Origin: a virus
Virus record (IMG/VR): IMGVR_UViG_646311944_000001
Coordinates: 1 to 29,707 of that record
DNA length: 29,707 nt
Strand: one strand, 5' to 3'
Position 1 is the stretch's first letter. Every line of letters begins with the position of its first letter. A program made the position numbers and the translations under genes. The notes beneath the pieces were generated by a model. It made no database searches, was not told the DNA's origin, and worked only from the letters and a program-made list of their open reading frames with translations. Below, piece after piece: positions 1 through 8,619 of this stretch.

Positions 1-339
1 TTAATCAATCTCAGCCAGCCTTTTAATGTCCAAAGGATCCTCAACAACTACTAAATGATACACGTAAAAGCTTAAAACTTGAACTAAAAAAGTATATTCC
101 GCCCCGTTAATTTCATTCTCCTCAAAGCAACTATCATACAACTCATCCAATACACTTTGATAATCTAAAACACCATTTTCATCGGTGTGTTCCCCTATTT
201 TTTTATCTAATGCTTTTAACAGTGCTTTTTTTCTATGTTTTGGAATAACGTTTTCTGGATAATCAACATAGGGTTTTAGTAGTTCAATCATCTCTTTTTT
301 TGGGTTTTCTGTTGCTTTATTTTTACCGAATATTGGCAT
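1..339 (-). CDS. Hypothetical protein (112 aa from MPIFGKNK)
   Basis: ORF with GGTGG RBS before ATG at 339; follows the stop of the upstream ORF at 341. Confidence 0.7.
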   Translation of the reverse strand: MPIFGKNKATENPKKEMIELLKPYVDYPENVIPKHRKKALLKALDKKIGEHTDENGVLDYQSVLDELYDSCFEENEINGAEYTFLVQVLSFYVYHLVVVEDPLDIKRLAEID

Positions 340-340
340 T

Positions 341-610
341 TTAACCACCAAGTAATATTTCTATTAGTAGTTTTAAGATTGGGATTAAGCCTTCTGAGAT
401 TCCGAGGTAACTACAACCAATGGCAATGGCATATTTAAGAGCTTCCAAAATCAAGATTTTCATCAATAGTTTCTTTTTGTCTTGTCTGGATGTTTTTTGA
501 TATTCTTTGACTAATCGGAAGAACTGTTTTAACTCTCTTATGATTATCGAAAGTATCTTTTTTGAATAGTTTAATATTGCCCAAACTAATGCCATGAAAA
601 AGTTGTTCAT
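341..610 (-). CDS. Membrane protein (possible C-terminal part of a frameshifted holin-like protein)
   Basis: Hydrophobic N- and C-terminal segments; no RBS in front of ATG 610. Confidence 0.5.
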   Translation of the reverse strand: MNNFFMALVWAILNYSKKILSIIIRELKQFFRLVKEYQKTSRQDKKKLLMKILILEALKYAIAIGCSYLGISEGLIPILKLLIEILLGG

Positions 611-737
611 GGAAGAGTAGTAGTATCAGTAAGAACACTGGGATGCAGATGACTGCTGCTCTATATTCATGGACCAGGAGTAAGATGATTTCTACCATTA
701 GGACTGTTGCGAGGTATTGTTTTTGAGAATCATTCAT
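435..737 (-). CDS. Membrane protein (MNDSQKQ..., two hydrophobic segments); possible N-terminal part of a holin-like protein
   Basis: Strong GGAGGTGA RBS 5 nt before ATG 737; hydrophobic first 42 aa; remainder overlaps 341-610 in another frame. Confidence 0.5.
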   Translation of the reverse strand: MNDSQKQYLATVLMVEIILLLVHEYRAAVICIPVFLLILLLFHEQLFHGISLGNIKLFKKDTFDNHKRVKTVLPISQRISKNIQTRQKETIDENLDFGSS

Positions 738-763
738 ACTTTCACCTCCACATAGGGCTGGGA

Positions 764-787
764 CATTAGAATTTTTAAATTCTAATG
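764..787. promoter_or_regulatory. Palindromic late-promoter/operator element CATTAGAATTT-TT-AAATTCTAATG
   Basis: 11-bp inverted repeat around a TTTTTAAA TATA-like core between divergent genes; 19/20 identical copy at 17401-17420. Confidence 0.65.
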
Positions 788-791
788 CTGA

Positions 792-820
792 GGTTGATGG
801 TGGTTGATGAATGGTTGATG
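792..820 (+). repeat. Three direct repeats GGTTGATG (792, 802, 813)
   Basis: Exact 8-mers at 10-11 bp spacing directly upstream of TerS. Confidence 0.75.
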
Positions 821-830
821 AGGTGTTGAG

Positions 831-1271
831 ATGAGTAACAATCAAAAAATTACCCCAGAGATGCATGATGACATAATCCTATGGAGGTCTCAAGGGTATT
901 CGTGGAATCAAATTGCGAAAAAAATACATGAGGAATATGAAGTTGAAATTACAGCCCAGGCCGTTCATAAGTATTACAAAAAGCATCTTGAAAAAACTGC
1001 TCAGTTAAGATTACAAGAGATTTATGAGAAACATAAAGGCAAGGGGAGCGTTGAGCAAGAGTTGCTTGAAGACATTGGCACATTAAATTTTGCAATAAAA
1101 AAGGCGAAATCAGCATTAAATAGTGATGAAGTTAGCAAAAATCCTTACAAACTAAAAGCAGCTATCGAAGCGTTATGTTGTGCAATGAAGACAAAATACA
1201 ATATTTTAGGAGACTTCAGAAAAGAGGAGGATGAGGACCCATTACTTAAAGCCCTTACTGGTGAAGAGTAA
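831..1271 (+). CDS. terS: Terminase small subunit
   Basis: N-terminal HTH (QGYSWNQIAKKI...AQAVHKYY), helical body, stop/start overlap (TAATG) with TerL. Confidence 0.8.
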   Translation: MSNNQKITPEMHDDIILWRSQGYSWNQIAKKIHEEYEVEITAQAVHKYYKKHLEKTAQLRLQEIYEKHKGKGSVEQELLEDIGTLNFAIKKAKSALNSDEVSKNPYKLKAAIEALCCAMKTKYNILGDFRKEEDEDPLLKALTGEE

Positions 1272-2590
1272 TGGCTATGTCTAAAATGAAACTTAAAGAA
1301 CTTCGCAAAAAATTAAGAACTGATTTTGAATTTTTTGTTAAAACTGTATTAGGTGCTGAATTACACAAAGCTCAGAAAGAAATAGTAAAAGCATTCTTTT
1401 CAGGCAAATATAAAACGATAATTGTAGCGGCAGGTAGGAGGTTCGGTAAATCAAAACTTATGTGCTTTCTTTTGATATTTCTGAGTTGCACTCAAAAGGA
1501 TAAGAAATTTGCCGTTATTGCCCCATACTATGCAAATGCGAGGATAATCTTTAAAGAACTTAGAACATACATTGAGAAAAATAAAACACTGCAAAAACTC
1601 GTTAAGAGAATTACAGAATCTCCTTACATGGTTATTGAATTCAAAACTGGATGTATAATAGATTTTAGAAGTGCTGATAACCCTACGTCTATTAGAGGAG
1701 AGAGTTATCATCTTGTTATCCTTGATGAGGCTGCATTCATCAAAGATGATGTTGTGAAATATGTAATTAAACCATTGTTGATAGATTATGACGCACCTTT
1801 AATTGAAATCTCTACTCCAAATGGGCATAATCATTTTTATGAGTCATTTTTGATGGGAGAAAATAGACAAAATAGACACATTTCATTTAGATTCCCAACG
1901 TGGTCAAATCCATTCTTACCTAAAAGTGTAATTGAAGAGATAAAGCGAGAATTTGGAGAAGATTCCTTAGTTTGGAAACAGGAGTTTTGTGCAGAGTTTA
2001 TTGATGACCAGGATGCTGTGTTCAAGTGGGAGTATATCCAGCAATGCATTGATTCCAATATCGAATTGCTAACTGTCGGGGAGAAGGGGCATAGATATGT
2101 TATGGGAGTTGATTTGGCTAAATATCAGGATTATACGGTTATTATAATATTGGATGTTTCTGAAAATCCGTATAAACTCGTGTATTTTGAAAGATTTAAG
2201 GATAAACCATATTCCTATGTTGTTGAGAGAATAAAAGAACTTTATATAAAATTTAAGCCCGTAGTTTGCGTTGATAGCACTGGGGTAGGAGACCCTGTTG
2301 TAGAGCAACTTGAAGACTGCAATCCAATTCCGTTTAAATTTACGAATCAGTCTAAAATGCAACTAATAACTAAACTTCAAACAGCGTTGGAGAGAAAAGA
2401 GGTAATATTCCCATATATTGACACTCTTATTACGGAATTGAAGTATTTTAGGTATGTAAAAAAGAAAACTACGATTTCTTTTGAAGCTAAACCTGGAATG
2501 CACGATGATTGTGTATGTTCTCTTGCATTAGCTGTATATGCTGCTGATAAGGCAACGAATAACATAATCGTTGATTACTTCAGCTATTGA
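1271..2590 (+). CDS. terL: Terminase large subunit
   Basis: Walker A GRRFGKS, Walker B VILDEAAF, motif III STP, nuclease motifs GVDLAKYQDYT and HDDCV. Confidence 0.97.
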   Translation: MAMSKMKLKELRKKLRTDFEFFVKTVLGAELHKAQKEIVKAFFSGKYKTIIVAAGRRFGKSKLMCFLLIFLSCTQKDKKFAVIAPYYANARIIFKELRTYIEKNKTLQKLVKRITESPYMVIEFKTGCIIDFRSADNPTSIRGESYHLVILDEAAFIKDDVVKYVIKPLLIDYDAPLIEISTPNGHNHFYESFLMGENRQNRHISFRFPTWSNPFLPKSVIEEIKREFGEDSLVWKQEFCAEFIDDQDAVFKWEYIQQCIDSNIELLTVGEKGHRYVMGVDLAKYQDYTVIIILDVSENPYKLVYFERFKDKPYSYVVERIKELYIKFKPVVCVDSTGVGDPVVEQLEDCNPIPFKFTNQSKMQLITKLQTALERKEVIFPYIDTLITELKYFRYVKKKTTISFEAKPGMHDDCVCSLALAVYAADKATNNIIVDYFSY

Positions 2591-2600
2591 GGTGGTTTAA

Positions 2601-4604
2601 ATGTCAGAATCCGAAGGAAAGATTGTTGTTGATTATTTCGGTGAATCTCCAGCTACTAAAACCACAGAGGTGGGAGTTAGTGATAGGACTCCAGCCGATA
2701 TAGAACTTGGAGAGTTTTCAACAATCCAGATGATTGATATAACAGATGAAGCAAACTTAGAAGGGGCTTTCCTCATTGATGAGAAAGTTAATTTGGCATT
2801 GCATTCATTGATTTATGACATAATTTCAAATTGGACATTAAAAGGCGATGAAAAGCAAATTGAAGAAGTTAAAAAGTGGCTATATGAGACGGGTATAATC
2901 TTTTCAAAAAATGCCACTGCTACGATTATCGAAATGCTTAGGGATTACTTTATTTATGGAAAGGCGATTTACCAGATTGTTTGGGAAAATGGAAAAATTG
3001 TAAGATTGCATAGGTTAGACCCAAAGGCTACTAAAATAATTAGGAATCCCTTCGGAGATGATAGGATTATTATTCATGATGCTACAATTGATGGACAGAT
3101 AAGAAAAATCGGATTTATTGATTTGGAAAGGAAAGAAGAGGTTTTAAATTTATTTACGGTTAAAAGTGAAATGGTTCAGGTTTGGTTAGACATCAATGAC
3201 ATAATTCTGCTTGAAGGAACTTCATTAATGGCAAGGTGTGTTAATGCGGTTTATCAAAAGCAGAAGTTGTTAAATGAGATTTGTGCGTATGTGAACGAGC
3301 ATCAAGCCATCCCTCCGGTCCAAATTAAAATTGGGCAGATACTAAGCGATGGCAGAGGCATTGGACTTCCAGATGGAACTAACATTACAGTTGAGAAGTT
3401 TAAAGAAATGCTGAAGAATTATGCCAATGACATCACAAAACTAAAATACAAAGGAGCTGTAGCGACACCTTGTTATGTCGATTATAATCAGATTGACATG
3501 AAAATCAATTGGGAATACATTAAATTCATTTTAGACAAGTATGATGAGATTATTTTCAATGCATTTTATAGCTCAGAAGGATTATGGAAATCTGGAGTGG
3601 CAGATTATAGAAGGAAGGATATGAGAAGGGAAAGGCTGAAGCTAATAAGGTCTATGCAGGCGAAGATTAAGGAATTGATTAATGAGTTAATTAGAATGAA
3701 CTTTGGAGACATTGATGTTGAATTTACTTTTATAACAGATGACACTGAAGAGCTTTTAGAGAAATCAGAGTATTACAAAAATGTAGCAGATACAATTAAA
3801 TCCTTAGCAGATATTGGAGCTTCAGAAGATACACTAAAAAGAATTGCTCAGGAGTTTGGCATTGAGTTGGATTTGGCATTGCAGAAGGGACAGGCTGAAA
3901 TGTTTGCAGAAATGTTTGCAGAGATTGATAAAGAAACAATTGAAGCGATAGCACAAACATTAGTTGATAAAATTATGGAAAAGATAGAAAATGCTACACT
4001 TGAAGTTAAAGATAAGGCCATGGAAATCATTCAGGAAAATAAAGGAAAGATAACAGCAACAGCTTATAGAAAAATTAGAGCTTTAATAAATAAAGAATTT
4101 CAGGGATTGGATTTTTCAGGAGAAATCCAGCAGGCTTTAAGTGATATTGTTAGAGTAACAGGATTAGAAATTGATATTGATAAAGGAGTCATACAGTTTG
4201 TTAAAAATTATACCTTCGACCTGTGCAAAAAATTAACAGAGAATCAGAAGGCGAGATTAAGACATATTTTGTTAGAAGAACTTAGCACAACTGAAGATAC
4301 AAACATAACGCAAAAAATCATGGACACATTAAAAACAACAAGACATGAGGCAGAAAGAATAGCAAGGACTGAGCTTAGTAGGGCCTATGAATGGTCAAGA
4401 TATGAATATTATAAAAAGTATGCTGAGAAAAATAAGGTTAAAGTCATGGTAAGATGGTATACGAGAAAGGATGGCAAGGTATGTCCAAAATGTAGAGTTT
4501 TGGAGGGGAAAGAATGGGAGATTGATAAAGTTCCAGTTAAACCACCGTTGCATCCAAACTGCAGATGTAGCTTAGGATATAAAATTGTGGATGTGAAAAA
4601 ATGA
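2601..4604 (+). CDS. Portal protein fused to a MuF (phage Mu gpF-like) head morphogenesis domain
   Basis: Follows TerL; C-terminus has MuF signature AERIARTE...DGKVCPKC...PPLHPNCRC; single 667-aa frame. Confidence 0.85.
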   Translation: MSESEGKIVVDYFGESPATKTTEVGVSDRTPADIELGEFSTIQMIDITDEANLEGAFLIDEKVNLALHSLIYDIISNWTLKGDEKQIEEVKKWLYETGIIFSKNATATIIEMLRDYFIYGKAIYQIVWENGKIVRLHRLDPKATKIIRNPFGDDRIIIHDATIDGQIRKIGFIDLERKEEVLNLFTVKSEMVQVWLDINDIILLEGTSLMARCVNAVYQKQKLLNEICAYVNEHQAIPPVQIKIGQILSDGRGIGLPDGTNITVEKFKEMLKNYANDITKLKYKGAVATPCYVDYNQIDMKINWEYIKFILDKYDEIIFNAFYSSEGLWKSGVADYRRKDMRRERLKLIRSMQAKIKELINELIRMNFGDIDVEFTFITDDTEELLEKSEYYKNVADTIKSLADIGASEDTLKRIAQEFGIELDLALQKGQAEMFAEMFAEIDKETIEAIAQTLVDKIMEKIENATLEVKDKAMEIIQENKGKITATAYRKIRALINKEFQGLDFSGEIQQALSDIVRVTGLEIDIDKGVIQFVKNYTFDLCKKLTENQKARLRHILLEELSTTEDTNITQKIMDTLKTTRHEAERIARTELSRAYEWSRYEYYKKYAEKNKVKVMVRWYTRKDGKVCPKCRVLEGKEWEIDKVPVKPPLHPNCRCSLGYKIVDVKK

Positions 4605-5050
4605 AGTTTATGGACATAACAGTTAAAGTGGATAAATCTCTGCTGACAATAGCTGAAGAATTAGAAGACAACCTTAAGGATGCCATTAAGCAGGCGACAT
4701 TGGAAGTTAAAGAGGAAGTTTTGGACAATATCAGAAGAGGATATGTGAAATTGAATTATCCCCCAATATCTGAAAGTTATAGAAAACAGTTAGAAAGAAA
4801 AGGGCTTCTACCTCATGAGGGGCTAATTTCACCGAGAGAAGATAAAAAGAAATTGGAAAAGTCAATAAGCCATTCATTTAGAAGGGGAGGGTTAGAAGGT
4901 GTTATAAAAACTTCAAGACCTTACGCAATCTTTGTAGAACAGGGGACAAAGAAAATGCCTGCTCGTCCATTTTTCCAGCCAGCACTAAAGGCAAAAAAAG
5001 AGCGTGTTGAAGAGTTAATAAAAAAAGCAATTGAAGATGCGTTAGATTAG
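4601..5050 (+). CDS. HK97 gp10-like neck/tail component
   Basis: Motif YAIFVEQGTKKMPARPFFQPAL. Confidence 0.85.
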   Translation: MKFMDITVKVDKSLLTIAEELEDNLKDAIKQATLEVKEEVLDNIRRGYVKLNYPPISESYRKQLERKGLLPHEGLISPREDKKKLEKSISHSFRRGGLEGVIKTSRPYAIFVEQGTKKMPARPFFQPALKAKKERVEELIKKAIEDALD

Positions 5051-6990
5051 CCTTTAATACTTTCTAAAATATCAATTAACAGCTCTTTTTCATATTCTAA
5101 ACCTAACTTAACCCTTTTATCATTTGGTTTTATGCTAAACTCAACATAATTAACTCTTTTTTGAATAATGTTCCAAAACTTATCATTAGTAAATACTATA
5201 TCGCCTATTTTTGGTGGGATTAAATCTAAATAAGTTTCAATCTCCCAAACAGGCCTTGGATTTGCATATTGGGCGAGATAATCTCTACCTATTTGTTCAG
5301 CTTCTTCAACCGTTTGGAGGGAAGGGATGTAAAGTGTTTCCATCAGTCTTTTTCCATATTTGGCGATAGATTGTTCATCAACGACGATAACAGTTATCGG
5401 CTCTAAGGATTCTGCAATATCGAAGTAAGTACTGTCAGTATAGTAATTATACGTTATTTCTACGATATCTGATGCATTCATCGAATCTAAAATGTTTAAA
5501 TAGCAATCCCCATAAGCGTCGTTAGTTATTGTGTAGTTTGTCGTCTCTGTTCCGTTAATTTTCACACTAATTGGTTCAATCAGTTTATATTTTAACTTAA
5601 AAGATGAATTTACACCATCATAAACGAATTGTTCTGTTTGTGGCGTTCTATCGTTAATATTGCTCTTATAGTTGTCTTTTGTTGCTTTTACAACTAAATC
5701 ATATCTCCCAACAGGTAGGTTACTTATATCCATATATGCCGTGTATTCCCCATTTCCATTGTCAGTGTAGGAATTTCCAAAGTTGTCTGTTATCGTGCAT
5801 CCTGAAACTCTATTTCCAGCTTTATCTTCAACGATTACTGTAATTTTAGCTGGCTCTGTTGATGCATATAGATATTTGTCTTTATCTGTAAGAACTGAAG
5901 CTTTTAAAACATAATTTCCCCATTCTGAAACTCTTAAACTAACGGTTGTTGATGCTGGCTCATATCCACTTTTTTGTGCAGTTATTTCAACTTCTACGGT
6001 ATCATCTACTTGAGGGAGGGGATAAGTTATTTGATATTGCCCGTTTCCTAAACTTGTAGCTACAGGGCTAATAAGACAGCCATCAACTGGTATTTGATTG
6101 TTATCTATGACTTTGATATTTATTATGGCATTTCCATCAACTCGCCAGCTGTATTCTTCTTTATCTGTTTCCACTTCAGCAATTTGAAGAGATGGAGTTG
6201 TTGTAAAGTCGAAATTATTCAAATCATTATTATCATCTGGAATATCTGGTAAGTTAGGGTCCAATGGTGGGCTTGAATCTGGAGCATCATCATTCAAGTC
6301 AGGGTAATCACGTGCAGAAGGGACATCTGAAGGTATTTCAACATCTACAAAGCGAATGAAAGTTAATTGTCCGAGAGAATATTTAATCATGACTTTATAA
6401 CTTCCTGGTTCGTCATAAGTGTGTGAGTGTGCAACAAAAATTCCAGCTGTTGTATTGTCAATTACCGCATAACACCATCTTTTATCACTGATTAGATTTC
6501 CATTTGAATCTCTATATAGATTAGCTGTTTCTATCGTTCCATCTCCCCAATCAACTGTAACGGTTCCCGAACTAAAGACATCAGGGCTTGGAACAGTATA
6601 AGTGTGTGATAATTCTGCCTCTGCAACATTATCTCCAATGTGCACTGTTGGAAAAGTTATTTCAGTTGAATTAGCGATATCTACTGCTGAAACATCAACA
6701 TGTTTGTCTTCATAGTCAATATCCCAATAAATTGCATAAACTTCACAAAGATATCCATTGTCACCTACAAGACACTCAAATGTCAAACTCCCGTTATTTG
6801 GAACTCTAACATCTACTTTATTTCCATTAACGTCTATGTATCTTAGACCTACACCGTTTCCTCCATCCGCACCAGTGTCATCTGCTTCGTAGTTTGTAAC
6901 TGTAACAGTCCAAATAGAGCCTTTTGAGAATACTGCCAACCCTACGAAATCATTTAAAAAAACTGTTTTTCCGAGTTTTGAAATATCCAT
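5047..6990 (-). CDS. Tail tip/adhesin protein with PKD- and Ig-like domains and a hub-type C-terminus
   Basis: VTVDWGDGT...HTYDEPGSY (PKD-like), beta-rich repeats, C-terminal DEQSIAKYG...EEAEQIGRDYL typical of tail hub proteins. Confidence 0.75.
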   Translation of the reverse strand: MDISKLGKTVFLNDFVGLAVFSKGSIWTVTVTNYEADDTGADGGNGVGLRYIDVNGNKVDVRVPNNGSLTFECLVGDNGYLCEVYAIYWDIDYEDKHVDVSAVDIANSTEITFPTVHIGDNVAEAELSHTYTVPSPDVFSSGTVTVDWGDGTIETANLYRDSNGNLISDKRWCYAVIDNTTAGIFVAHSHTYDEPGSYKVMIKYSLGQLTFIRFVDVEIPSDVPSARDYPDLNDDAPDSSPPLDPNLPDIPDDNNDLNNFDFTTTPSLQIAEVETDKEEYSWRVDGNAIINIKVIDNNQIPVDGCLISPVATSLGNGQYQITYPLPQVDDTVEVEITAQKSGYEPASTTVSLRVSEWGNYVLKASVLTDKDKYLYASTEPAKITVIVEDKAGNRVSGCTITDNFGNSYTDNGNGEYTAYMDISNLPVGRYDLVVKATKDNYKSNINDRTPQTEQFVYDGVNSSFKLKYKLIEPISVKINGTETTNYTITNDAYGDCYLNILDSMNASDIVEITYNYYTDSTYFDIAESLEPITVIVVDEQSIAKYGKRLMETLYIPSLQTVEEAEQIGRDYLAQYANPRPVWEIETYLDLIPPKIGDIVFTNDKFWNIIQKRVNYVEFSIKPNDKRVKLGLEYEKELLIDILESIKG

Positions 6991-6999
6991 ACTAACACC

Positions 7000-7587
7000 T
7001 TATCTTTGATTTGTAACTTTAACAACATTTACAATTTTATCATTAATTGTCTGTATCATTCTGCATCTTCTATTCCAGCTGAAAATTAAATGCGTCATAA
7101 CATCATCGTAGCTCGTTGCTAAATCCCTTAATTCGTTAGTTTGGGAATCGTAGTAAAAACTCGTTTTAGCAAAGTGAAAGGCATCTTTTAAAAGCTGGTA
7201 TTTGTTAGTTTCATTCTCATATCTGAGATTTACCTTTGCATCAACTGAAACTGCGTTTATTATGTTAATTTCATCACACAATTGATTTAGTAAATCCTGT
7301 AAATAACCAGAATAGCCCCCAATAAAAGCTATGTTTTTTAACTTAATCAGAGGGTCATAAGCGGTAAATTTTGAAACTCTACTGTTTGCTGTGCTTTCAT
7401 GTTCCAACTGCACAATGTAGCCTCTAAAAAGTGTAAATTGTCCTTCTACAATTTCTACAAAATCAAAATATCCAACTGCATCGTTAAAAGGTGTGGTTAT
7501 GGAAGCAGATGAGATTTTATTCATATATTGCTTAATGCTAATGTCAGTAAATTCCGTTTTCTTGCCGTTAATGTAAAGCTCAGTCAT
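7000..7587 (-). CDS. Tail hub/baseplate protein (N-terminal hub-like part)
   Basis: LFRGYIVQLE...FTAYDPL and IVNVVKV motifs; position distal to tape measure. Confidence 0.65.
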   Translation of the reverse strand: MTELYINGKKTEFTDISIKQYMNKISSASITTPFNDAVGYFDFVEIVEGQFTLFRGYIVQLEHESTANSRVSKFTAYDPLIKLKNIAFIGGYSGYLQDLLNQLCDEINIINAVSVDAKVNLRYENETNKYQLLKDAFHFAKTSFYYDSQTNELRDLATSYDDVMTHLIFSWNRRCRMIQTINDKIVNVVKVTNQR

Positions 7588-8615
7588 TATTTCACCATAA
7601 CTATCGTCAAATCAGCAACATAGATGTTATCAAATCCAATAACTTTTCTAATACTGCATTTTTCAAGGGTTCCATAAAATATTTGATTATCATACTGAAC
7701 CAACAAAGTTCTTGTTTTTCTAAACTCTTCTAACTTCAAATAATCATCAATCGTATTTAGAAGCACACTAACGCTGAAGGATTTTGTAGTGTTCAAATAA
7801 GGAACCGCTTTTGTTTCACCATCTTCAATAGCATATTTTCCAACAGCTCTGCCGAAGTCCATACTTCTATCAATAACTTTGAATGCATATCTGTTGATAG
7901 CGAAATCAGAAGCTACTTTTTCCTCATAAGAAACCTTTACACTTGTTGCAGGGAAGATATAAGCATCTAAAGAAACTAATGAATCGTTAGCCGTGTCTCT
8001 TGCATAGATGTAGAATCTTCTTTTGGAGAGTATGTAAGGAGCTTTAACTTGGAGATGTATGGCTATGATATTCCCATTAGCATCCGTATATGTTTCTAAA
8101 ACTCTATAAGGCAATACTTGGTTAGTATAATCATCAACAACTGTGATTTGGGAAATATCTTTGATTAGATTATTCACATTAGTAATTATCGCATCGTAAA
8201 TTGCGTAATATTTGTTAATTGACAAATTCAGTAAGAATTGCTTTGATAAATTAGGTCTTTGCAATGTGGCATCTAAATTGCTGGTATATCTTGGTTGTTG
8301 GTCATCGAAGTAAAGATAAAACACATCATTAGCTGAACCCGTTACATTATGCACTACAATGCTCATTTCGTTAGCAGTTTCGGAATAAATATCGAAAGGC
8401 AAGACATTACCAGCAGAATCTGTAATTCTTAGTTCCTGCCCTCTATAATCCCAAAATGCTGTAAATTCTGGTGGAATATACAATTCTACATCTTCATTGT
8501 TGGCATCTTCACTAAGTAATAATTGAACTCTTTTGTAAAGCTTAATTGTAGCTAATGTTTGAATATTTGTTGTAAAAGTATTTGGAAAATTCGGAATTAA
8601 TGAAAATGTTGTCAT
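7587..8615 (-). CDS. Distal tail protein with DUF2341-like domain
   Basis: ELRITDSAGNVLPF...FYLYFDD resembles DUF2341; C-terminal region Dit-like by position. Confidence 0.55.
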   Translation of the reverse strand: MTTFSLIPNFPNTFTTNIQTLATIKLYKRVQLLLSEDANNEDVELYIPPEFTAFWDYRGQELRITDSAGNVLPFDIYSETANEMSIVVHNVTGSANDVFYLYFDDQQPRYTSNLDATLQRPNLSKQFLLNLSINKYYAIYDAIITNVNNLIKDISQITVVDDYTNQVLPYRVLETYTDANGNIIAIHLQVKAPYILSKRRFYIYARDTANDSLVSLDAYIFPATSVKVSYEEKVASDFAINRYAFKVIDRSMDFGRAVGKYAIEDGETKAVPYLNTTKSFSVSVLLNTIDDYLKLEEFRKTRTLLVQYDNQIFYGTLEKCSIRKVIGFDNIYVADLTIVMVK

Positions 8616-8619
8616 ACTA

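Noticed and set aside
751-760. CATAGGGCTG resembling CATAGGGGCTG near 17378-17388
   Set aside because: Opposite orientation and different distance relative to the shared palindrome; likely chance.
738-866. Upstream extensions of ORFs 435-866, 17036-17398 and 27905-28201
   Set aside because: They run through promoter elements; clear RBS-ATG pairs exist at 737, 17332 and 28010.
868-874. ATGACAT operator half-site inside terS
   Set aside because: Single half-site in coding sequence with no partner at N6 spacing.
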